NCBI GenBank assembly: GCA_030704615.1 | Contig: CM060732.1 | Location: 12,958,001 to 13,022,000, forward strand | Reading direction: 5' to 3' | From: Takakia lepidozioides | Taxonomy: Eukaryota; Plantae; Bryophyta | DNA length: 64,000 nucleotides | Shown here: positions 1 to 11,652 of the stretch, piece by piece | Position numbering within the stretch: the stretch's first letter is position 1 | How the letters are laid out: each line of letters begins with the position of its first letter | The notes under the pieces: generated by a model | What the model saw: the letters and a program-made list of their open reading frames with translations, nothing else | Told to the model about the DNA's origin: nothing | Database searches by the model: none | Position numbers and translations under genes: made by a program

Positions 1-400
1 CTTGATTAAAATTCCAAACCCGCAATTTGACAACAACGGTGGACTTGTTAATAAGTTATAACTTACTTATCGACAGTATGAAGTTCTACATTAAATCCCT
101 ATCAGGTCAATCAAAATTATTGTGGTTAACAATTATTCAGCTCAACAAATATGACGTACAACCGTGGTCCATGCAAAGTTCAAATTGAAAATTCTAGAAT
201 AATGAGAAAGAGTGCTTCAAATATAAAGGTCGTCCACAAGCATTGGGCGCCATAGTCAAATCACGAAAGACATGCCTCATGGGCAATGCTTCGAAATTCG
301 GGCATGAAATCTATGTTGAAATTTTACAAACCTATTAGATGTTATAGGAATATTATCATCGACAAAAAGATCTATTCATAGTTGTAATATGTAAGCGAGG

Positions 401-1093
401 CTATTCCGATAAATCTATAGTTTCTTGTGTTTCACTCCCTGAAGTTGCAGATGACACCGCCGGACGTGGGGTTGATGACAACGCTGAGTGTGTAGAAGCG
501 GCGTCCGGATGAATGGGCAAGCGAGCTCGGGTTTGGTATCGAGTGCGAGGTGGTGGCCCGAGCCTAACACGTTCCTCGTCCACCCTTGCCATCACGCGGA
601 GTGACTCCGGGGAGTATTGATTGCCACTCTGCTGACTATCATTTTGGAGGCGACGAGGCGGCGAGTTAACATTGTTGGTGATAGTTTCAGCGGCCTCCAA
701 GGTAGCTACAAGGTCCTGGACATTTGGGAGATCAATGGATTTCACACCCACTAACGCGCTTGCTAGACTCATTTGCCATGTTCTAACGACTTGCCTAATG
801 GCCTTGGCATATCTGTTGATTTTCTTTTCATCCGCATCCTCATATGCGGGATTGCGACGCAGCCGCCGCTCTTTGCGTTCCGTCATGTCGTTCATTCGGA
901 TCCATGATTTGGCAACACGCTCAAGGCTATGCAGCAGCGGATGCCGGCCAATCGGATTACCATTGTATGAGGAAAGGTTCACTCCGTTTGGTGGGTTCTC
1001 AGGCAACCGAAAAAACTTCTCGCTTCTTATTCCCCAATGTCCTCCAAGGTTTCGACAAACAACTTCCGTTGATCTGGATCTTCTATGCAACAA
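401..1093 (-). other. Uncharacterised 230-codon open frame, probably a degenerate transposon accessory-gene fragment
   Basis: Long stop-free frame with a charged helical middle and an S/T/P/R-rich tail. It starts at TTG with an in-frame TGA about 10 codons upstream and lies next to a CACTA end. No family recognised. Confidence 0.3.
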
Positions 1094-1296
1094 GCACGTT
1101 TGTGATTTCCCAATTAGATGTCATCCAAAACTCATTGATATCGAACGTTCAATCGGATATCATGCCATACATCCTCGTCTCGGCATTCCATGCCAACGTC
1201 TTCCCCCAGTGTTTGCCGTTCAGAAAATTGTGAGGTTCCTGGTCCAAAGAGAAATTATGTCAATTGAGCTCATACCCTATGGGCATCACATCCTCC

Positions 1297-1760
1297 CACT
1301 ACAGCAAATGGGGGGGGGGGGGGTTTGCGACGCCAGCTACGCCCCCACGCCCCGCGCGGCGCTGAGCCCGCAACGCCGAGCCCGCAACGTTTTTTTGCGA
1401 CGTCCCGGCGTCGCAATTCCCCGCTGCGACACCATTACGACGCCCAGCCGTCGTAAGGTGGCATGAAGTGGGGAAGCGGGCCCTCGCTGCGACCGATTTT
1501 TTTTCTTGCGACGCCTTGGCGTCGGAAATCCAAGATTTTTTTATTTTTTATTTTTTATTTTATTTAAATTTATTTAGACGTTGCGACGCCTCGGCGTCGC
1601 AACAGCATCACCACAGTGGGAATTTGTTTTTTTTTTTTTTTTTTGGGCTTTGCAGCCCTCAACTTCACAAAAGCGTCGCTGGGGGCGCCCCGCGCTGGGA
1701 CGCCCAACGTTGCAACGTCAGGGGGTCGCAACGGCGTTGCCACAGGGGGTCGCAATGGTG
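1297..1760 (+). mobile_element. CACTA (En/Spm) element left end with subterminal repeats
   Basis: Begins CACTACAGCAAATG at 1297, followed by many GCGACG/CGTCGC/GCAACG motifs in both orientations. No matching right TIR seen in the window. Confidence 0.6.
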
Positions 1761-1842
1761 TTGTGGTTAGCTTAGGTCCACACAAGGACGTTGCTTGGGG
1801 CGCCTGGCGGTGGGAGGCTACAACAACGACGACGTTGCTAGA

Positions 1843-1873
1843 GCTGGGGCTGGGGCTGGGGCTGGGGCTGGGC
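1843..1873 (+). repeat. (GCTGGG)5 microsatellite
   Basis: Direct reading of the hexamer repeat. Confidence 0.9.
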
Positions 1874-2836
1874 ACTAAGGCTATGGAGGTTGCAACTCCC
1901 CCGCGTCACAAGAGAGACCCCCTTAGAAGAAACTTGAAGGAACTTGAATGAACTCTTTATATGTATGTATATATATATATATATTTAGATAGCTTTTGTG
2001 ATACATAGATGTAGAGTAGGTGTGTTGGTTAGTTTGTCCTTTTTATAGGTCATAAACTTTCCTACATTATTTTGTGTGATTCATACTTTTATTTTTCCTA
2101 AAACTTTATGCCCCTACAACCTTATATCCATGTTTGAAGCTCGTTAAGAAAGCAAATTCTTACGTTGGGGTACAATGCATTCAAGGTTGAGATATTTGAT
2201 TGAAAATTCTTATAGGTTCGATGCATTGTTGTTTTTCTTTTTCCCACATTGATACTTTTTTCTTATCCTAAACCCTACAATACGTCAAAACTGCATATCC
2301 CGAAGCGAGTCATTGAAAAAAATACATGTACCTTGATAGCTTTGGAGTACATTGATACATTGGTTTGGAGAAGTTATTTTGATTGAAAATTTCTAGAGGT
2401 TCCATAGGTTCCATAGATTCTTCCACATTTTATTAAATTTGATTCGGATTTCTCATGTGAATGAGACTTTTTGATTTCGGTGTATGGTTTCAATTTTGAA
2501 TACATTTCAGTTCGCCTTCCCTCGTATTCATGTGTTAGTATTCATGAATTTATATCCGTGGCTGTTTTTTTGCAGGAGTTAGTTTGGATTCGAGACTGAC
2601 ATTGTTTTTTGCGAAACAAACAATTTCATCAAAGTTCGAGTCTCCATTCTTACAGGCTATCTAGAGGCATTTGCAAAAACAGATATTCGTGCGACTGACA
2701 TCCAATCTTATCAATGTCGGCCATATGTGTAGATGTTCTAGTTTCAGGACTAAGGTGTTTGTGGACGATAGTTCCTTTGTATCGGGATAGCAGACTAATT
2801 GACAACATGTACTTAGTAACGATGTTTCATGGATAC

Positions 2837-3016
2837 TTGTGCTAATTAGTATGTATCATTTGCATTGTCGAATGTATGTCATTCGACTTTGATGTCGACA
2901 TTTAATGAATTTGGAGTCATGTAAATTGTGCTAATTAATATATATCCTTTGCATTGTCTAATGTATGTTATTCGACTTTGATGTCGACGTTTAATGAATT
3001 TGGAGTCATGCAAATT
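2837..3016 (+). repeat. 89-bp tandem duplication (2 copies)
   Basis: TTGTGCTAATTA...GGAGTCATG(T/C)AAAT starts at 2837 and again at 2926, with a few mismatches. Confidence 0.9.
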
Positions 3017-3639
3017 CACTTGAAAGCTAAATTTTGATTCATTGCTTTATAATAATAATAATAATAGTAATAGATTTAATTTAAATGCAAAATTGTATTA
3101 AGTTTTGTCCGGATTTAAGCCAAAAGTCCAGAATTAGTTAAAATTGAGTTCTTTGGCACCTCTCTTCCCTGCGGGGCCTGGTTCGACCGCCTCCTCTTGG
3201 TGCCTATGCCGTTGCCCCCCCTCCTCCGTCATTTTTATAACGTTCGTAATATTATATAGCTTTTATATATTTCTTATTTATTTTTATATGATGTAAAGGC
3301 CTAGTGTACCTGCTCCAGTCACCTCGTTTGACCGAAACTCACCAATTTCAACAAAATCATAGTAAAATGTAACACACTAAAGGGGGGGCCAACTCCGAAA
3401 TACACAAAGATCTATTTAGTCCCCACCTAATGAATTGAGAAAATGGGTTTGGAAGCCAAAGATGGGATGCGGGGATAGGAAAAAACCCACAATTTCATAA
3501 AAATCGGAGACAAAACCTCCCCCTCCGTGTCAATGACTTCCCTCTTCCTCTAGCTCCGCTCGGCAAAATGCAAAGCATCCCACACCCACAGAGCTAAAGG
3601 GGAAGAGTGAAAGTGAGAGCCAAGAATGGCCTCCTTCCC

Positions 3640-4032
3640 CTTATATGGGCGACCGCTCAAAAGCGGTCACCCAAGCGCCTTCCGAAAGATGTCCGCCACG
3701 TGGCGGCCACCAGCGCAATGTGGCGACCGCTGACGTGGCGGTCGCCCGTGTCGGCGGCCCATCCGCCCGGGGATTGCCGACGTGGCGACCGCTGACGTGG
3801 CGGTCACCCGGGCGGGCGCCCCATCCCGCCTGGCGACCAGTGCCTGGATGGTCGCCTCGGCAAGCCGTCACTTGGCCGGTCGCCTTGGTCCTCGCTGTCG
3901 CCAACGTGGCAGAAGAAGGTAAAAAATAAAATAAAAAAATAAAAAATTACCACGATGAATGATGGACACGACGTGACGATCGTCACGTCTTGACGTGACG
4001 CCGACGCTGACGTGTTACTGCGGCGTCACGTC
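3640..4032. mobile_element. GC-rich DNA-transposon terminal region with GGCGACC/GGTCGCC repeats and ACGT palindromes
   Basis: Repeated TGGCGACC/GGTC(G/A)CC in both orientations. Perfect 20-bp palindrome at 3970-3989 and 12-bp inverted repeat at 3992-4003/4021-4032. Superfamily not assignable. Confidence 0.5.
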
Positions 4033-4664
4033 CATACCTGCAACTGGGGAAAACAGGGCATCTGCAGTTCTCTGCAGCTGCCCATCCCACACACGCAATT
4101 TGTGTATTTTTTTTTTTTGGTGCCTGGCAAGTACATCGGCTCAGAACACTCTCAGGTGAAGGGAGAGGCAAAGGAAAAGGGAAGGGGAAGGGAACCCAGA
4201 CGGGTCTCTTTTCATTGTCGGTTTATTTGCAATATGCAGCTTAAGTTGGCAAACTGCACAACATTGCAGTCACGGAGTCTTTTTTCATTGTCGGTTTGTT
4301 TGGAATATGTAGCATAAGTCGGCATACTGTAAATGGCTATTTCCACGGTTATAGGTCCCTCGGGTATATGCACCTTTTATTTCGCCAAAGGTGTTCTGAC
4401 ATTTGCTGACATGGCGGACGCTCACGCTTACGTGGCGTGAACGTACGCTCATGCCACGTCATGCAGATGGAGCTTGGGCTCACGCCACGTCAGCCAAGCG
4501 TGAGCTCAGTTCCCAGGCTCACGGGGTTGGGCTCACGCCGTAGTTACGCTACATGATTTGGTATTCTTTATGATGTTTACAAGGTTCTTGGGAGAGTCAG
4601 CTTGGTCTCAGCAGGCCGTGTTTCAATCTCTGTCTGCTCAGCTGCACTGTGGTGGTTCTCACAG

Positions 4665-7600
4665 ACCAATCCGATGTCCAGTACCTGACTATAGACACAA
4701 GCAGCACACACAAGAAGTTCTTTGGGTTGATGGTCGGTCAAATCCTCCATGGGTCATGATACAAGGTCAAGGTCGACAATGTGGTGAGGGCACCTTCTTC
4801 TTCAACCTATTTCTGCCTGTTTTACCCTGGCCCTGAGATGCATATTGAATTCTGTAAGTTAGCTCATTGGGTGGATCTGTGGTGGTTAGGAGTGACTTTG
4901 ACAAATTACTGCCGATGTGGCAGCAGGGAAGTATCCAAAAACAGATAACATAGATGAGGAGAAGTTGGTGGATCTATGGTGGTTTTGGAGTGATTTTGAT
5001 ATGTTATTGTAGATAGGGTTAGGGCGTCAATGTCAGTTGCTTTAGCTGCTAGCTGCAGCAAGGCTGAGGACGTGTTCACGATTTGTACACATGCATGGAT
5101 AACTGAGGAGTGCAGGGATAGATTGTGGGTCCAGATTCATCCAAGAGGCCCGGATTTCAAGCTCCAGAGTACCTATGATTCCATGTGGAAGGATAGCTAC
5201 AAGAAACAGATGGCACCAACTGGAACCCGCAGCAGCAGCGCACAATGGATAAAATCAGGCACTGCCAATGAAGGCACCTTCTTCAACACATTTCATCCTG
5301 TTTTTCCTTCTTATCAGAATCGGCCCTAATTTCTATGCTGAATTCTGCAAGTTAGCTGGTTGAGTGAATCTTGTTTGGAGTGACTTTGACATGATACTGC
5401 CAAAGTGACAACAGGAAAGTATCCAAAAACAGGTAACAGATATGAGGAGAAGCTGTGGGATGAATACTTTTCTGACCCCAGTAAATGGTGGGACAACCGA
5501 GGCAAAAAGGTGAATGCCTGTCAGATTACAGAGAGTAGCAGATGCAATTGACCATAGGAACTAGTGTGATAAGTTGAGTTGGGTGCAATTGCACTCTTCT
5601 TTTCCTGTCTGCTTCTGTTTGCTATTCAAAGGTAGGATCGGACTGCCCTGAGTTTAAATTTTAGTCTGGTGCCGAGAGTGGGTAGACCCTTGAGGTCATC
5701 CATGATGTCCTCCCCCATGTCACAGACTGGAAACAAGTGCAGGGAAGTTTTCTGCCTAATTTCATTTTTATCATACAATTTTTCTGGAAACAGACATTGC
5801 TTTGGACACTACAGCCTCTAAGTCAGTAGGGTTGGGGTGTTTGCTGGAACAATTTTAGGCTGTCATTGTCAGCTGCTAGCAGCAAGGCAATGATACGTGC
5901 ATGATTTATGCAGAGGCCTGGATAGCTGAAGGAGCAGGGATAGAGTGTGGGTCCAGATTCATCCAAGAGGGCCGGATTTCAAGTCCAGATTACCTATGAT
6001 TCCCTGTGGAATGATAGCTATAAGAAACCTGCATGGGTAGATGATCAACTGGAAGCCACAACAGCAGCACAATTGATAAAATCAGGCACTGCTAATGAAG
6101 GCACCTTCTTTAACACATTTCACCCTGTTTTTCCCTCTTGTCAGAATCGGCCCTAATTTTTCATGTAGAATTCTGCAAGTTAGCTAGTTGAGTGAACCTT
6201 TGATAGTTTGGAGTGACTTTGACAAGGTATTGCCAATGTGACAACAAGGAAGTATCCAGAAATAGATAACAGCTGAGACGAGGAGAAGCTGTGGATTGAA
6301 TACTTTTCTGACCCCAGTCTATGGTGGGACAATCGAGGCAAAAAGGTGAATGCCCGTTGGATTACAGAGAGTAGCAAATGCAATTGACCATAGGAACTAG
6401 TGTGATAAGTTGAGTTGGCTGTTTCCTAGAACAAATCTAGGCTGTCATTGTCAGGTGCTAGCAGCAAGACAAAGATGTATGCATGATTTATGCAGAGGCA
6501 TGGATAGCTGAAGGAGCAGGGATAGAGTGTGGGTCCAGATTCATCCAAGAGGGTTCAAGCTCCAGATTACTTATGATTCCATGTGGATCAATAGCTACAA
6601 GAAACCTGCTGCATGGGTAGATGGTCAACTAAAGGTAGCAGCTGCAGCGGCACAGTTGACAAAATCAGGCACCTCAACCATGACCACGCTTCTGCAAGAG
6701 GATCAAGAGAGAGAGTCCACAATGCCTTTTATGCTAGGCATGTGAAGATGCTTTGTGAGGCAGGCAGACTGACAGAGGCTCTTCAACTTTAAACCAACGA
6801 GGCATTTCCGCAGATTCAGATACGTATGTCTGTCTCTTGCTTAAGTGCATCAAGGTGAAAGGTTTGGAAGCTGGAAATAGGTGCACACCAGTGTTGGACC
6901 AGTATCATAAACATTTCATACCAGCCAGGGTCTGGTATTGTCGGTGAAGAGGCCTCCTTCATACGTGGCAGATAATGATATCAAAGTAGATATTAAACTT
7001 CTAATGTACACCAGTCTGGTATGTACATTATTTTTGTTTGTTTGGTATGGTATGGTATCAGTATTGCAAATATCAAATCTTATATTGGGGGTATATCAAT
7101 ACTGGTATCAATACAGCTCTATGGTAGAAATTCTCCATGGCAGCTATAATTTGGACCAAAAAAAAAAATTTAATTTAATTTAAAAAAAAAAAGCTGAATG
7201 CCTCACTTCAGCTGCTGAAGTTCACCACTTCAGCCACTGAGTGCCTTTATTTATAATAATAAGGAGGTACAAAGATGGTAAGGAAAAAAAATAACCTTAC
7301 AAGAGCCATACAGGCTGAGCCTAAGCAGATTTTTGAATAACATATTGATATAATCTAGGGTGCAAGCGACGGCGGAAGACAAAGTACTGGTATCGACAAA
7401 GCTGCATTCCTTGCGATACCATGCTGGTCTGGTAGGAGCCTAGATATTAGCATTTTACTATATCGCCCCAATATGTTCTGCCCGGGGTACTGCCAGTTGC
7501 TTATACCCGCCTGGTCTGGTACCCTGCTGCGATACCCTTACCCGTGCTGATACCCCGCCTCGCCCCCATATACCGGTCCAACACTGGTGCACACTCACAT

Positions 7601-8790
7601 TATCCAAAGTGGATTCATGCCAAATATTTCTCTACTCAACATCCTTGTCAACATGTATGTTTAATAAGTGTGAGAGCACCATGGATGCTCACCAAGTTTT
7701 CGACCGTGAGTGCCTCAACGATATTTGATCACATGGAATATAATGCAGTTGGCAGAATTTACCAAGGATGGTGTGGTAGGAATGCTTTGGAGACCTATGA
7801 GCAACTGATGTGCGAAGGGTGAAGCCCAACCACACCACGTTTGTTTGTGTTTGCAATGCGTACACGTGCAAGGCTGGGAGCTCTGGAAAAAAGGAAAGAG
7901 GTCCATGGTGACATCGTCAAAGCTAGATTTGTACCAGATGTCATTCTAAACACTGCCCTGGTGGACATATATGCCAAATGTGGTGCATTAAGGATGCGAA
8001 GGGAGTTTTCAACACTATGGCTAAACGAGATGTGATGTCATGAAACGTGGGGGGAACGTGATGCTGCAGGGTATGCACAACAAGGATATGGTATGGAGGC
8101 TTTGGAGACCTATGATCAAATATTGATGGGGGAAGGGGTGAAGCCCGACCACATCACGTTGCAACATACTGGTACTTCACAGCCATGGCGGTTCTCTCAG
8201 CCCTTCCATTTTTCTTTTGTTTTTTTTGGGCGCTAGGAGATAGCAGCAGCTTTGCTGTCTCCTCCCCTTCCTTATGCCGATCGTTAAAGTGGAAATTGTA
8301 CCAGTTGTCATTCTGAACTCTGTCCTGGTGGACATGTATGCCAAATGTGGGTGCAACAAGCCTGATGCGAAGGGAGAGTTTGACAATATGGCTGAACGAG
8401 ATGTGGTATTTTGGAGTGCCATGATTGCAAGGTATGTGCAGCATGGGTATGGGATTAAGGCTTTGGAGACCTAAGAGCAAATGATGTGGGAAGGGATAAA
8501 GCCAGACCATGTCATGTTCATTTGTGTTTGTAATATGCATATGCGAGCCTAGCAGAAGGGGCAAAGAGGTTCATGGTGACATTATCAAAGCTGGAATTGT
8601 ACCAGATGTCATTTTGAACATTCCCCTGGTGTACATCTACGTCAAATGTGAGCCTGGCAGCCCTAAAAAAGACACAAAGGTCCATGGTGACATCGTCAAA
8701 GCTGGAGTTGTATCACTAGATGTCACTCTAAAACACTGCCTTGGTGGATATGTATGCCAAGGCAGCCCTGGAAGTGGATGTCACTTTGGG
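4665..8790 (+). pseudogene. OSB-type PDF-motif repeat + PLS-class PPR fusion pseudogene
   Basis: Repeated exon pairs encode EEKLWDEYFSDPSKWWDNRGKK (5415-5509, 6249-6345, partial at 4927) and IHPRGPDFKLQSTYDSMW / PDYRHKQHTQEVLWVDGRSNPPWV (4665, 5135, 5957, 6539). These run into PLS-PPR sequence (LCEAGRLTEAL, VHGDIVKARFVPDVILNTALVDIYAKCG, MAERDVVFWSAMIARYVQHG). There are multiple stops, frameshifts and a MITE insertion. Confidence 0.8.
6889..7586. mobile_element. hAT-family MITE inserted into the PPR coding exon
   Basis: TIRs CAGTGTTGGACC...GGTCCAACACTG. Perfect 8-bp TSD GTGCACAC (6881-6888 and 7587-7594). Internal GGTAT/ATACC repeats. Confidence 0.93.
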
Positions 8791-9639
8791 TGACATGGTA
8801 GCTGGCACCACCATTATCTGGGACTACAAGTTCCTGAATTCATTCTCGAAATGATTTCTGATGTTCTCTTGACATGTCCACGATAGTGGACCTAGCTGCA
8901 CAACAGATTTTCCTGACTTAATGACTTTACTTGGGCAGTGATCTATGGATATGGAAACATAGCCCTCATGTTGGTCATCTGTAGAATGTGGCAAAAACTT
9001 GCTTTACAAAACACTCTTGATATAAACTAGTTTTGAGCCATCCAAATGTTTGTGGTTCCTGCCATGTATTTGTATTCTATGTTTTGTTGTATTTGTAATA
9101 TATTTTCAATGCAGTGCATCGAATAAAAAAATTTAAATACAAAACCCACTAATTCACATATATATAGATATAAAATCAAAAGTAAATGAGAAGTAAATGA
9201 AAAAACAAAATAATAGTAACAAATAAAAACTAAAAAACCAAATATCAAACAAAAAGCCTCCCAATTCATACAGCGTACATGCCTATGCTGTCCGATGATA
9301 ATTAAATCCCAAAAGAGGTTGCCGGAAAATTTAAAATTGAAGCCCACCCAGTGTCGAATGTCAGAAATTCGACCCTAAGACCCGTCCTCGCACATAACCA
9401 CTACACTAGCCATGTACATATGCTATATTGGCGTTTTTTTTATTACTTATCATGATTGCTATCGGAACTGCAGAAATTCCCAAAAAGCTTGCCGGACCCC
9501 TTCTTCAAGAAATATTAATTAGTCCGGCAGGGTCATGACGAATAGCGTAGGCAAGTACGGTATATATATACACCCCCCAGAGTGAAACATATTTATTAAA
9601 ATGTGTCATCTTTAACTGATTAACAGTAGAATACTACAC

Positions 9640-10008
9640 TATACAAAGTCAAGCAAACTCACTATCAGTAATTCACAGTCAAACTGTAAACTAAACATCA
9701 TGGAACATAGTCAATATGTTCCACTTCAGTTAAACCACTTTACTACACGTCATAGCCACGTGATGTCCACGTCGCATCCAAGTCGCATCCACGTCATACT
9801 GTAGTTAAATCATTTTACTACACGTCACCCCCTATGTTTTACTGTCGCATTTCACTGTCAGAACCTAGCACCTAGATTCGACTGCTTGACTGAAACGACT
9901 TGATCTTTGTTACTCAAGATCGACTCTGGAGGGTGGGAGTAAAAATGTCAGAAATGACTAAGAAATGAGTCAAATATAGAGTCGAAAAACCCATTTTCTA
10001 TTGTAGTG
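9640..10008. mobile_element. CACTA element right end
   Basis: Ends CCATTTTCTATTGTAGTG (reverse complement CACTACAATAGAAAATGG), preceded by GACT/AGTC subterminal repeats. Left boundary approximate. Confidence 0.55.
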
Positions 10009-10088
10009 GCTGCAACTGACGCACAAATAAGAACAATCAAATTCAGATATGCTCAATATATAGGCCACCAACGCAAACACATTTTCTG

Positions 10089-10196
10089 GTCACACCTCTA
10101 TCCATTTCCACACTGCTCACTTTGCTCACACACCCACCTGGTGTCACACCTCTATCCATTTCCACATTGCTCACTTTGCTCACACACCCACCTGGT
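10089..10196 (+). repeat. 54-bp tandem duplication (2 copies)
   Basis: GTCACACCTCTATCCATTTCCACA(C/T)TGCTCACTTTGCTCACACACCCACCTGGT occurs twice with 1 mismatch. Confidence 0.93.
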
Positions 10197-11489
10197 GCGA
10201 GACACTTGGCTACACCTCCTCAGCTTCGGTATCCACCTTGTCATCCATGGACTTCGTATAACTCGACACAACCATGCAGTTTGAATGATCCATACGTCTT
10301 CTCAAGGTGATTCGTAGCATGCTTCCACGTATCTGCTGCTATCAAATATCTATGTTGCGGCTAGAAGGTGAGACGATAAAGAAAAGTTGAGAAACTTTGA
10401 TAGAGCACAGAGGTGTTAGCAAGGAGCCATGTTGCAGCTGCATTGAGGTGGACTGTTGTGGTATAGGATGCCAACCGCTTTCACTACTTTCAAGATGCGG
10501 TTTGTTCGCGTGGGATTGACACCTGAAATTTACCAAATGCACATGAAGGGCATCAAACCGTAGGTGGAATTGTTGCGTCACTGTCTAAAGCTTCAATGTC
10601 TGTGATGTCAAATGGAGAATCAGGGCTTCAGGAAGCTGAAAGGAAGAAGGGGAGGATAAGTTCTTCTTTAGGGTAGGCGGTTTTCTCACTTGTGAAGAAG
10701 AAGCTGTCATCTATGCACTTGTCCGCAATTTGCACAAGCTGTGAGGAGAGGAATCTGCAACATTCTGCAGACCTCAGTCCAATTTTCCAATCAGCACAAC
10801 AAGAGACTTCCAAAAACAAAGCTGCACTTGTTGCATCTACCTTGCCAGCGATGGAACCTTCTAAGGAGAAAGCTTGCATAGATGAACTGAAAAAACCTCT
10901 CAAACTGCATCTCATGTGGAGCACCACCTTAGAAAAGAACACTGTTCAGGTAGTACCATCAACATTTGGTACAAAAACCTAGTTTACCATGCCCAAGAAC
11001 ATCATGTACAACAACAAGTTCAAATAAATTAGGAGGTCTTTGTATTGAAGGTTGTTTTGACCCAAGGTAGGTGACAATTTGACAAGCTCCTCTGCTTTAG
11101 GGATATTAATCATAGCTATGACGTGAATTTGACGGTCAACAAGGACCTGCTCTTTCTACTCAAGGATGGGGAGGAGCTATTGGCCAGGTACCCTCATCTC
11201 GAGGAACATGCTGAACGTCAAGCATGTGTCATAAAATCCCATCGCAAGATAACCAAAGTTTTTTTAATTTTTCTAGGTAAGGGCTTTCTTCTTCATAGCT
11301 TGGTTTGATAAGCAGTGTTCCAAGTTTATTGCAAGGAAATGTGATGTTACATTCCACTTTCACCTTTGTCTTGGATCCTGAGATGATGTTAAACTTGTTT
11401 GGTGCATCTCATCAGCATTGATTTAGCATATCAGCGTGTACATTTTGATAATTGTAAAGGACTTGCAATGTGAGATTGCTCCGGGCTTT

Positions 11490-11652
11490 ATGTGGTTGAG
11501 CATAGCCATGTACACATTTTACTATCTACAATCCCCTTCTGGTGGTTGAGCATATGCAGTTAAGTCAATTTGTAGAGGAGCTCCTTTTCTGGTGGTTGAG
11601 CAAAGGCAGTTAAGTCTTTGTAGAGCTCCCCTTCTGGTGGTTCAGCATAGGC
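11490..11652 (+). repeat. Degenerate ~50-bp tandem repeat (4 copies of a GTGGTT(G/C)AGCA core)
   Basis: CTGGTGGTTGAGCA...GCAGTTAAGTC...TGTAGAG units, probably a TE 3' region. Confidence 0.75.

Noticed and set aside
672-1466. 264-aa plus-strand ORF
   Set aside because: Antisense to the 401-1093 frame, runs through a poly-G tract into CACTA repeats, and has no recognisable motifs.
1297-10008. Single large CACTA element capturing the PDF-PPR locus
   Set aside because: The left and right termini differ after CACTACA, the subterminal repeats differ and the flanking 3-mers (TCC/GCT) do not match.
11490-11652. Spaced short repeats resembling a CRISPR array
   Set aside because: The intervening sequences are themselves homologous (ordinary tandem repeat), the context is eukaryotic and there are no cas genes.
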